NCBI GenBank assembly: GCA_963842015.1
Contig: CAWJFG010000019.1
Coordinates: 453,297-517,296 of the forward strand
DNA length: 64,000 nucleotides
Direction of reading: 5' to 3'
Origin: an uncultured Acidimicrobiales bacterium
GTDB taxonomy: Bacteria > Actinomycetota > Acidimicrobiia > Acidimicrobiales > VFJN01
Below are positions 18,376 through 26,883 of the stretch, in pieces (position 1 is the first letter of the stretch; every line of letters starts with the position of its first letter). A program made the position numbers and the translations under genes. A model generated the notes under the pieces. It worked only from the letters and a program-made list of their open reading frames with translations, was not told the DNA's origin and did not search any database.

Positions 18376-19218
18376 ATGGCGCAGCAGGGCACGGCGGTGT
18401 GGATGGACGGGGCGCTGGTCGATCCGGATGCGGCGTCGGTGTCGGTGTTCGACCACGGGTTCACGGTCGGCGACGGCGTGTTCGAGACCCTCCGGACGAT
18501 CGGCGGGCGGCCCTTCGCCGTGCGGCGCCACCTGGAGCGGCTCCGGTCCGGCGCCGAGCGCCTCGGCCTCGACGTGCCGCTGTCCGAGCGGGCGCTGCGG
18601 GAGGTGGTCGACGACGTGGTCAGCGCCGCCGGGGTCCCCGAGGCGCGGATCCGCATCACCGTCACCGGCGGGACCGGCGCCCCGGGGTCGGGCCGCGGCG
18701 GCGGGTCGCCCACCCTCGTCGTGATCGCCGGACCGCTCGCCGGCTGGGCGGCCGAGGCCACCGCCGTCACGGTGCCATGGCCGCGCAACGAGCGCTCCGC
18801 GCTGGCCGGGGTCAAGGTCACGTCGTTCGCGGAGAACGTCCACGCCCTCGCGGAGGCGCACAAGGTCGACGCGGACGAGGCGATCCTTCCCAACACCAGG
18901 GGGAACCTGTGCGAGGGCACGGGCACGAACGTGTTCGCGGTCGTGGACGGTGTCCTCATCACGCCCTCGCTCATGTCGGGCTGCCTGCCCGGTGTCACCC
19001 GGGCGCTCGTGCTGGAGGTCGTGCCCGAGGCCGACGAGGAGGACGTCCCGATCGACGTGCTCGCCCGGGCCTCCGAGGTGCTGCTCACGTCCACCACGCG
19101 GGACGTCCAGCCGCTGCGCATGCTCGACGGCCGGACGCTGCCCGGCACGGGTGGGCCGTGGGCACAGCGGGCGGCGGCCGCGTTGGCCGACCTGCAGGCC
19201 CGCGACCTCGACCCCTGA
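18376..19218 (+). CDS. pabC: aminodeoxychorismate lyase / class IV aminotransferase
   Basis: Lies within ORF 18358..19218(+), with an ATG at 18376. Supporting sequence: VFDHGFTVGDGVFETLR, EGTGTNVFAV, GCLPGVTR. Confidence 0.7.
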   Translation: MAQQGTAVWMDGALVDPDAASVSVFDHGFTVGDGVFETLRTIGGRPFAVRRHLERLRSGAERLGLDVPLSERALREVVDDVVSAAGVPEARIRITVTGGTGAPGSGRGGGSPTLVVIAGPLAGWAAEATAVTVPWPRNERSALAGVKVTSFAENVHALAEAHKVDADEAILPNTRGNLCEGTGTNVFAVVDGVLITPSLMSGCLPGVTRALVLEVVPEADEEDVPIDVLARASEVLLTSTTRDVQPLRMLDGRTLPGTGGPWAQRAAAALADLQARDLDP

Positions 19219-19249
19219 CGTCGAGCGGGCGACGCTCGACCCCGGACGC

Positions 19250-20170
19250 TCAGGCGGGCCGGAGGTGGACCACGTCACCGACCGCCAGCGTGCGGCGCTC
19301 GCCGGTGTCGGCCTCGACCACCAGGTGGCCGTCGCCGGTGACGTCGACCGCGGTGCCCTCGACCTCGTCGGCCCCCAGGTCCACCCGGACCCGCCGGCCG
19401 AGGGTGGCGGACCGGTCGCGCCATGCGGCCAGCAGGGTGTCGGCGCCGTCACGCTGCAGGGTGGCGTAGCGGTCCTCCAGGGCGCGCAGGAACGCGACGA
19501 GGAGGTCGACCCGGTCGACCTCGGCGCCGAGCCAGTTCAGGGCCGTGGCGAGGCCCGCCACCTCGTGCAGCGCGGGTTCGATGGCGGCGTCGCCGTCGCC
19601 CGGGTCGTCGGCCCAGACCGGCCACGAGACGTTGAGGCCCACGCCCACGACCACGACCGCGCGCTCGTGGGCCGCCGGGGCGCGGTACCCGCCCGAGATC
19701 GTGCTGCCGGCCGGCCAGTCGGCCTCGGCCAGCAGGCCGGCCAGCTTCCTCTCGCCGTCGGCGGTCGACACGACCAGGTCGTTGGGCCACTTGAGCCGCG
19801 CCGTCACGTCGGCGACGGCCTCGACCGCGTCCGCCATCGCGACCGCGGCCGCCATCGACACCGCCCCCGTCACGGCGGTGGGCGGGCGCAGCAGCACCGA
19901 GACGAGGAGTGATCCGCCGGGCGGGGCCACCCAGCGCCGATCCCGCCGGCCCCGGCCCGCGGACTGGTGGTCGGTGACCACGACGATGCCCTCGGAGGCA
20001 CCGTCGCGGGCGAGGGCGAGCGCGTCGGCGTTCGTCGAACCGGTGGCAGCCGACCACCGCACGTCGGTGAACCTCGTGCCACCGAGCGCCGCGGAGGCCC
20101 GACGACCCGCGGTAGAAGGACCTTCACCCGTGTCGGAAATGGCACCACCCTCCGGCATACCCGTAAACAT
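19250..20170 (-). CDS. birA: biotin--[acetyl-CoA-carboxylase] ligase (no obvious N-terminal HTH)
   Basis: This is the last 306 codons of ORF 19250..21484(-). Supporting sequence: TGSTNADAL, HQSAGRGRRDRRW, LKWPNDLV, GDVVHLRP. The start is ATG 20170 (MFTG) or ATG 20158 (MPEGG). Confidence 0.8.
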   Translation of the reverse strand: MFTGMPEGGAISDTGEGPSTAGRRASAALGGTRFTDVRWSAATGSTNADALALARDGASEGIVVVTDHQSAGRGRRDRRWVAPPGGSLLVSVLLRPPTAVTGAVSMAAAVAMADAVEAVADVTARLKWPNDLVVSTADGERKLAGLLAEADWPAGSTISGGYRAPAAHERAVVVVGVGLNVSWPVWADDPGDGDAAIEPALHEVAGLATALNWLGAEVDRVDLLVAFLRALEDRYATLQRDGADTLLAAWRDRSATLGRRVRVDLGADEVEGTAVDVTGDGHLVVEADTGERRTLAVGDVVHLRPA

Positions 20171-21961
20171 ATGGCCGTGCTCTCGAAGATCCTGATCGCC
20201 AACCGGGGGGAGATCGCCGTACGGGTCATCCGCGCCTGCCGCGAGCTCGGCATCACCTCCGTCGCCGTCTACTCCGACCTCGATCGCGACAGCCTGCACG
20301 TCCGGCTGGCCGACGAGGCCTACGCGCTCGGCGGCCAGACCGCGGCCGAGAGCTACCTCGACACCGACAAGATCCTCGACATCATCGAGCGCTCGGGCGT
20401 CGACGGCGTGCACCCCGGCTACGGGTTCTTCAGCGAGAACACCGACTTCGCCCGGGCCATCACCGCCCGTGGCGTGACGTTCATCGGGCCGCCCCCCGAG
20501 GCCATCGAGGTCATGGGCGACAAGGTCTCGTCGCGCATCGCCGCCCAGGAGGCCGGGGTCGAAGGCGTGCCCGGCACGACCGAGTTCCTCACGTCGGCGG
20601 ACCAGGTCGTCGCCTTCGGCGAGGAGCACGGCTGGCCGGTGGCCATCAAGGCCGCCTACGGCGGCGGCGGGCGGGGCATGCGGGTGGTGGAGTCGGCGGC
20701 CACGGCGGCCGAGGCCCTGGAGTCGGCCCAGTCCGAGGCGCTCAAGGGCTTCGGCCGCAGCGAGTGCTACGTCGAGCGCTACCTCACGTGGCCGCGCCAC
20801 ATCGAGATGCAGGTCTTCGCCGACACCCACGGCAACGCCGTGTGGCTGGGCGAGCGTGACTGCTCGGCGCAGCGGCGCCACCAGAAGCTGATCGAGGAGA
20901 GCCCCGCCGCGCTCTTCCCCGACGACGTCCGCCAGGCCATGGGCGAGGCCGCGGTCAAGGTCACCAAGGCGTGCGGCTATCTCAACGCCGGCACCGTCGA
21001 GTTCCTCTTCCAGGACGGCGAGTTCTACTTCCTCGAGATGAACACCCGGCTGCAGGTCGAGCACCCCGTCACCGAGCTGGTGACCGGCCTCGACCTCGTG
21101 GCCGAGCAGATCCGCGTGGCGTCGGGCGAGCCCCTCTCGTTCACGCAGGACGACATCGTGCGGCGGGGCCACGCCGTCGAGGTGCGCATCAACGCCGAGG
21201 ACCCGGCAGGCGGCAGGTTCCTCCCCTCCCCCGGCCCCATCGCCAAGCTGCGGGTGCCGCAGGGCTACGGCGTGCGCTGGGACGGCGGCTACGAGGCCGG
21301 CGACGAGGTGTCGCAGTACTACGACAACCTGATCGGAAAGCTGATCTGCTGGGGCACCGACCGCGGGGTCGCCATCGCCCGCACGATCCGGGCGCTCGAG
21401 GAGTTCGAGATCGCCGGCGTCGCCACCACGATCCCGGCCGACCTGGCGATCCTGCGCCACGACGACTTCGTCGCCGGCCATCACTCCACCAAGTGGGTCG
21501 AGGAACGGCTCGACCTGTCGGCGACCGCGTCGGGGGCCACCGCGCCCGCGGCCACCGACGCCGAGGGCGAGCAGCCCGAGCCGAAGGTCCGCCGCGACGT
21601 CGACGTCGAGGTGAACGGACGGCGCTTCGGGGTCACCGTGTGGGTGCCCGAGTCCCAGGTGGGCGCCGTGGTCGCCGCCGGCGGCGGCGCCGGCAAGTCC
21701 TCGCCCCGCCCCCGGCGCTCGGCCGGCGCCTCGGCCGCTGCGGCCGGCAGCGGGAACGTGGCCGTGCCCATGCAGGGCACGATCGTCAAGGTCCTCGTCT
21801 CGGCCGGCGATGCCGTCGAGGAGGGCCAGACCGTGTGCGTGCTCGAGGCGATGAAGATGGAGAACAACATCGCCGCCGACAAGTCCGGCACGGTCAAGGA
21901 GGTCAAGGTCGAGGCCGGCCAGTCGGTCGGCTCCGGCGACGTCGTCGTCGTCATCGACTAA
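20171..21961 (+). CDS. accA: acetyl/propionyl-CoA carboxylase alpha subunit (biotin carboxylase plus C-terminal biotinyl carrier domain)
   Basis: Lies within ORF 19967..21961(+), with the ATG at 20171 (MAVLSKILIANRGEIAVRVIRAC). Supporting motifs: the ATP-grasp GGGGRGMRVV, EMNTRLQVEHPVTE, and the biotin attachment site EAMKMEN. Confidence 0.9.
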   Translation: MAVLSKILIANRGEIAVRVIRACRELGITSVAVYSDLDRDSLHVRLADEAYALGGQTAAESYLDTDKILDIIERSGVDGVHPGYGFFSENTDFARAITARGVTFIGPPPEAIEVMGDKVSSRIAAQEAGVEGVPGTTEFLTSADQVVAFGEEHGWPVAIKAAYGGGGRGMRVVESAATAAEALESAQSEALKGFGRSECYVERYLTWPRHIEMQVFADTHGNAVWLGERDCSAQRRHQKLIEESPAALFPDDVRQAMGEAAVKVTKACGYLNAGTVEFLFQDGEFYFLEMNTRLQVEHPVTELVTGLDLVAEQIRVASGEPLSFTQDDIVRRGHAVEVRINAEDPAGGRFLPSPGPIAKLRVPQGYGVRWDGGYEAGDEVSQYYDNLIGKLICWGTDRGVAIARTIRALEEFEIAGVATTIPADLAILRHDDFVAGHHSTKWVEERLDLSATASGATAPAATDAEGEQPEPKVRRDVDVEVNGRRFGVTVWVPESQVGAVVAAGGGAGKSSPRPRRSAGASAAAAGSGNVAVPMQGTIVKVLVSAGDAVEEGQTVCVLEAMKMENNIAADKSGTVKEVKVEAGQSVGSGDVVVVID

Positions 21962-21974
21962 CCGTTCATCGACC

Positions 21975-22021
21975 GTTCTGGCGTCTCTCAGTGCGCGATC
22001 GCGCTGTCAGAGACGCCAGAA
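21975..22021. repeat. 47-bp imperfect palindrome (copy 1), 13 nt after the accA stop; possible terminator hairpin
   Basis: The sequence is gttctggcgtctctcagtgcgcgatcgcgctgtcagagacgccagaa. The outer 13-bp arms pair perfectly and the core gcgcgatcgcgc is itself palindromic. It is about 88 % identical to copy 2 at 23044-23091. Confidence 0.8.
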
Positions 22022-22105
22022 TGCGAGTGGTTCGCGCACCTTGATGGCATGACATAGCCTTCTGTGTGCTTCCCCCTGCGCAGCTTCCTCTGCCAGGAGC
22101 ACACG

Positions 22106-23033
22106 ATGACGAACGACGCGTGGCCGCAGGTCGCGGGCTATGCCGCGCGCCACCACGGCGTGATCGGATCGTGCGCCGCCGCTGGCCTCGGCGCCTCGGC
22201 GTCCACGATCGCCCGGTGGGTCGAGCTCGAACGGGTTCGCCGTCCTGCACCCGGCGTGCTCGTGGTCGCCGGGGCGCCGCCGACGTGGCGGCAGCGGGTG
22301 GCGGTCGCCGCCGTGTCCGGCGGCGCGCTGGCATCCCACCGCGCCGGGGCGGCGTTGCGCGAGCTCGACGGGTTTCCGCCGCGTCAGGTCGAGGTCCTCA
22401 CCCTGCACGGCCGCCGCCGGAAGCGCAGCGCTTGGATCGTGCACGAGAGCCGTACCCTGCGCGGCGCTGACGTCGACGAGGTCGACGGCATCCCGTGTAC
22501 GACGATCGCCCGCACGCTGATCGACCTTCCGGCGACGTCGCACCCCTTCCTCGTCGCCCAGGCGCTGGACCACGCGTGCCGGCGACGGCCCGGCACGCTC
22601 GAGGAGGTCGTGGCCCGGCACCTCGAGCTGACACGGCGTGGTCGCCGCGGCGTCCGGCTGCTGGACCGCCTGCTCGAGGAGCGGCTCGGGACGGGACGCT
22701 TCGCCGGCAGCGGGTTCGAGACGAAGACCGTCACGCTGGTGCGTCGGGCCGGGCTGCCCGACCCAGTGCTGCAGCACGCCGTCCGCGACCGGCGACTTCG
22801 TCGCCTACCTCGATCTCGCGTGGCCAGCGGTGCGGTGGGCGGTCGAGTGCGACAGCCTGGCGCACCACTCGGGCAAGCGAGCCCACGAGTGGGACCGCGC
22901 CCGGCGCCGCCGGCTCAAGCGGCTCGGGTGGGACATCGTCGAGGTGACCTACGACCAGGTCACCCGCGACGCTCTCGCGACCGGGGCCGAACTACGCGAG
23001 CTCTACGAGCTCCGGCGGCGGTCGTTCGCGTGA
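22106..23033 (+). pseudogene. AbiEi-like N-terminal domain / DUF559 (Vsr-like endonuclease fold) protein with one frameshift
   Basis: The ATG at 22106 follows AGGAG. The frame of ORF 22064..23173 is followed up to ...PDPVLQHAVRD. After an extra C near 22790 the protein continues in the frame of ORF 22638..23033 (GDFVAYLDLAWPAVRWAVECDSLAHH...LGWDIVEVTYDQV). Confidence 0.7.
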
Positions 23034-23043
23034 GGCAACCCAC

Positions 23044-23091
23044 GTTCTGGCGTCTCTCACAGCGCGATGGCGCACTCACAGACGCCAGAAC
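23044..23091. repeat. 48-bp imperfect palindrome (copy 2), lying between the DUF559 stop and the stop of the convergent flavoprotein gene
   Basis: The sequence is gttctggcgtctctcacagcgcgatggcgcactcacagacgccagaac, with 12-bp perfect outer arms. It is a direct repeat of copy 1. Confidence 0.8.
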
Positions 23092-23102
23092 GGTTGGGGG
23101 GG

Positions 23103-24475
23103 TTACTCGGCGGCGTCGGCCAGGGCCTCGGCCAGGGAGGGGTGGACCAGCAGGCTCTCGACGATGTCGTTGACCTTGAGGCCGTTGGTGACCGCCAGCG
23201 CCAGCACCGAGATCAGCTCGGCGGCCGAGTGGCCCACGATCGAGCCGCCCAGCACCACGCCGGTGGCGGGGTCGGACAGGATCTTCACGAACCCCATCGT
23301 CTCGTTGTTGATGAGGGCCTTGGCGGCTTGGCCGACGCCGAGAACGGCACCTTGGTCACCCGCAGCTTGCGGCCCTCGGCGAAGGCGTCGGCCTCGGCCA
23401 GGCCGACGTCGGCGATCTCGGGCTCGGTGAAGATGGCCGAGGCGGCCTTGTCGTAGTCGAGGTGGCGGTGCACCCGGGTGTGCAGGCCCATCACGTGCTC
23501 GGCGATCTTGCGGCCCTGCATCGACGCCACCGAGGACAGCGGCAGCTTCCCGGACAGGTCGCCCGCCGCGTAGATGTGCGACACGTTCGTGACGCAGTGG
23601 TGGTTGATGGGCACGTAGCCACCGTCGTCGACGTCGACCCCGGCGGCGTCGAGGCCCAGCCCGTCGCTGTTGGGGATCGAGCCGATGGCCAGCAGGGCGT
23701 GGCTGCCCCGCGCCACGCGCCCGTCGGAGCACCGCACGGCCACGCCGCCGTCGTCGGTGCGGTCGATGCCCTCGGCCCGGGCGCCCTTGAACAGCTGCAC
23801 GCCGCGGCGCAGCAGCTCGGACTCGAGGGCGGCCGCCACCTCGGGGTCCTTCTGCGGCAGCACCTGCTGGCGGCTGACGATCAGCGTGACCTGGCTGCCG
23901 AGCGACGAGAACATGTGCACGAACTCGACGCCGGTCACGCCCGATCCGATGACGACCAGGTGCTCGGGCATGTCGTGCGGCGGGTAGGCGTCGCGGGTGG
24001 TGAGGATCCGCTCGCCGTCGACCTGCGCCCAGTCGGGGATGCGGGGCCTGCTGCCCGTGGCGAGCAGCACGGCGTCGGCGTCGAGCTCACGCACCCCTTC
24101 CGGCGTCTCGACCACGACCTCGTGGGGGCCCTTGAGCCGGGCCGTGCCCTGGATCATCCGCACGTGCTGGCTGCGCAGCAGGTCGACCACGTTGTGCTCG
24201 AGCCGGGCCTCGATCGACTTGATGCGGTTCCGCAGGCCCTCGAGGTCGAGCTGGGGGTCGCCGACCGCCAGGCCCATGCCGGCGCTGGCGTTCACGTCGC
24301 CCATGGCCCCGGCGGTGGCGATCATCGCCTTGGACGGGATGCAGTCGAGCAGGTGGGCGGCGCCGCCGACGATGTCGCGCTCGATCATCGTGACCTCGGC
24401 GCCCAGGCGGGCGGCGGTGGTGGCGGCGGTGTTGCCCGCGGGGCCACCACCGATGATCACGAAGCGCAGGGGCAT
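23103..24475 (-). pseudogene. LpdA(Rv3303c)-like NAD(P)H flavoprotein (pyridine nucleotide-disulfide oxidoreductase family) with a 1-nt deletion near the 3' end
   Basis: ORF 23285..24475(-) begins MPLRFVIIGGGPAGNTAA and runs to ...KVPFSASAK. The C-terminal dimerisation region (AAKALINNETMGFVKILSDPATGVVLGGSIVGHSAAELI) is in the frame of ORF 23103..23732. The break is at about 23326, where gccaag(g)ccgccaag has lost a g. Confidence 0.75.
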
Positions 24476-24520
24476 GCGCCCAGGTTACGGGCGCACGCCC
24501 CCGGCCTCACCCCTCGCCGC

Positions 24521-25231
24521 TCAGACCGGCGACATCTCGAAGGCCACCGTGGCGGGCGTCGACGACACGTTGGTCACACAACCCAGGACCTCGACGACCG
24601 GCTTGCGGGTGCCCGTGGCGACCTGGTCGATCGACGTGGTCACCGGGCCCACCCAGGCGTTCGTCACCGAGCCGTAGTCCTCGTCGAAGCCGTTGAAGCT
24701 CCACTGCACGGGAACGCTCGCCGTGCCGGCGATGCGGGCGGTATCGCTGGCGACGAAGTCGTCGCAGTAGCGGGCGCCGGGGCCGAGCGTCGCCGTCGAC
24801 GGACCGATGTCGTACTCGACGTCGACCAGGGGCTGTGGCCACGGTCCGAGGCGAAGCGCGACCCCGGATCGGCTGCTGCTGGTGCCGCCGTGCACGACCA
24901 CGCAGGCGCGGTAGAAGAAGGTGCCGATCTGACCCCTGTCCAGGTAGTGCGTGGGGAGCTCGTCGTCGGTGGCCCGGAGGATCTCGGTCTCGGGTCCACC
25001 CAGCGCGGCCGACCGGAACACCGACCAGGTTCCGGTCTCGCCCATCGTCGCGGGGTCGTAGACGTGGCCGTAGAACCACACGCCGTTGCCCGACCGCAGC
25101 GTGTCGGTGCACAGCGTGCTGCCGGCCGGCACGTTGCCGCCGCTGCTGGCGTCGGCCGGGCTCGCCGCCATCACCCCCGCGACGGCGAGCCCCACGCCCG
25201 CGGCGAACGCGATCCACCTGGTTCCCCTCAT
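24521..25231 (-). CDS. secreted hypothetical protein
   Basis: This is the last 236 codons of ORF 24521..26002(-). The ATG at 25231 is preceded by GGAGGTG. The signal peptide reads MRGTRWIAFAAGVGLAVAGVMAASPADA. I recognise no family. Confidence 0.6.
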   Translation of the reverse strand: MRGTRWIAFAAGVGLAVAGVMAASPADASSGGNVPAGSTLCTDTLRSGNGVWFYGHVYDPATMGETGTWSVFRSAALGGPETEILRATDDELPTHYLDRGQIGTFFYRACVVVHGGTSSSRSGVALRLGPWPQPLVDVEYDIGPSTATLGPGARYCDDFVASDTARIAGTASVPVQWSFNGFDEDYGSVTNAWVGPVTTSIDQVATGTRKPVVEVLGCVTNVSSTPATVAFEMSPV

Positions 25232-25329
25232 GAGCTGCACCTCCACCTCGTGGTCCCTCCGAAGCGGGCGCGCCGAAGGGCGCGGCCCTCCACTCGGGTG
25301 GACTACCGCCGCGCGGGACGCGATCGGAT

Positions 25330-26112
25330 TCATCCGGCGGTGCGGGCCAACCGCACGAGGCGGTGGTCGGGGGTGAACAGGCGGCGGGTGAGGCCCAGCC
25401 CGATGACGACGACGTTGGTGGCGACGCAGCCGAGGATCAGGTACATGATCGCGGCCTGGACGAGCACGGCGTCGACAGGGTCGGCCCCGGCCAGGATCAG
25501 GCCGGTCATCGCTCCGGGGAGGAACACGAGGCCGACCGCCTTGGTGCTCTCGATCTGCGACGTGAGCGCCGTTCGCAGCGCCGACCGGACGAACGGCTTG
25601 GACGCCTCCTGCCACGGCTGGCCGAGCGCGAGCCTCGCCTCGACCTCGGGCCGTCGGTCGGCGAGCTCGCCGAGGATGCGCCGCGAGGCGACCACGATGC
25701 TGCCGATCGAGTTGCCGATCATCATCCCGGCGATGGGCACGATCGCCCGCCCGACCAGGGGGTACACCCCCAGCCCGAACACGACGAACAGGCTGAGGAA
25801 CGCCGAGCCCGACGTCGCCGCCAGGGTCAGCCACGTGATCCCCGGCACCTCGGGCGCCCGGCGGCGGGCGGTGAGCGCCGACACCCCCAGCATCACGACG
25901 ACCCAGGCCCAGGCCCAGGCGACCGGGGTGTCGGGGTCGACGATCCACAGCAGCACGTACCCGACGGCCAGGAGCTGGACGAGCGCCCGCCCGGCGGCCC
26001 ACAACATGTCGCGCTCGAGCCGGAGGCCCTGCCAGATCGACAGCCCGACGGCGACGGCGACGAGGATGAACGACAGCGCCAGCCCGCTCCAGCCGATGGC
26101 GGCGTCAGCCAT
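25330..26112 (-). CDS. fetB: FetB/YbbM-type (UPF0014) ABC exporter permease
   Basis: ORF 25330..26130(-). The protein is polytopic (IPIAGMMIGNSIGS, GLVFLPGAMTGLILAG). The start at 26112 overlaps the ATPase stop by 8 nt. Confidence 0.7.
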   Translation of the reverse strand: MADAAIGWSGLALSFILVAVAVGLSIWQGLRLERDMLWAAGRALVQLLAVGYVLLWIVDPDTPVAWAWAWVVVMLGVSALTARRRAPEVPGITWLTLAATSGSAFLSLFVVFGLGVYPLVGRAIVPIAGMMIGNSIGSIVVASRRILGELADRRPEVEARLALGQPWQEASKPFVRSALRTALTSQIESTKAVGLVFLPGAMTGLILAGADPVDAVLVQAAIMYLILGCVATNVVVIGLGLTRRLFTPDHRLVRLARTAG

Positions 26113-26869
26113 GGTCACCCCGTTCGTCACGGTCCCGTGCGCCGGTCGGCGCGTCGGACGGTTCGTCGATCGATTCGTCGGCGTCCTCGTCGGTCGACCA
26201 CTCGCCGGCCAGGAACCGCGCCCGGGCGTCCGCCCCCGCCACCCGCCCCTCGATCAGGACCACGATGTCGCCGCCCAGGCGCTGCGCCTGGTCGAGGTCG
26301 TGGGTCACCCACACGAGGTCGTGTCCCTCGTCGGCCAGGCGGAGCGCGGTGCGCTCGAGCCTGCGTCGGGCGTCGGTGTCGAGCGCCGAGGTCGGCTCGT
26401 CCATCAGCAGCACCTCGGGCTGCGTGACGAGGGTGCGGGCCAGGCACATGCGCTGGGCCTCACCTCCCGACAGCTCGTCGGCGGGCCGGTCGAGGAAGGC
26501 GGCGTCGAGCCGGGCGGCGCGCAGGGCGGCGACCAGCGCGTCCTCGGAGGCGTGGGGGTCGGCCACGTGCAGGTTGTCGCGCACCGTGCCGGGGAACGGC
26601 GCGGGGCGCTGGAACACCATGCCCACCCGTCGGCGCAGCGCGAGCACGTCGAGCTCGGACATCGGTCGGCCGCGGAACCGCACCTCGCCCGACGTGGGCA
26701 CCTCGAGCCGGTCGAGCAGGCGCAGGACCGTCGTCTTGCCCGCACCCGAGGGCCCGACCAGCACGGTGATGCCCCCGTCGGCGATCGCCAGGTCGAGGTG
26801 GTCGATGATGACCGTGCCGTCGATCTCGAGCGACACGTCGGCCAGCTCGAACAGCGGCGCGGACGTCAT
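26105..26869 (-). CDS. fetA: FetA/YbbL-type ABC transporter ATP-binding protein
   Basis: ORF 26105..26869(-). It has Walker A (GPSGAGKTT), the signature LSGGEAQR and Walker B (LLMDEPTSALD), plus an acidic C-terminal tail. Confidence 0.75.
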   Translation of the reverse strand: MTSAPLFELADVSLEIDGTVIIDHLDLAIADGGITVLVGPSGAGKTTVLRLLDRLEVPTSGEVRFRGRPMSELDVLALRRRVGMVFQRPAPFPGTVRDNLHVADPHASEDALVAALRAARLDAAFLDRPADELSGGEAQRMCLARTLVTQPEVLLMDEPTSALDTDARRRLERTALRLADEGHDLVWVTHDLDQAQRLGGDIVVLIEGRVAGADARARFLAGEWSTDEDADESIDEPSDAPTGARDRDERGDHG

Positions 26870-26883
26870 CTGGCGCCGGGCGG

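Noticed and set aside
20171-21484. The N-terminal 438 codons of the 744-aa ORF 19250..21484(-), which would make a giant BirA fusion
   Set aside because: That part is antisense to accA and has no motif. BirA homology begins only about 40 residues before the GSTNAD motif, so the start is set at 20170 or 20158.
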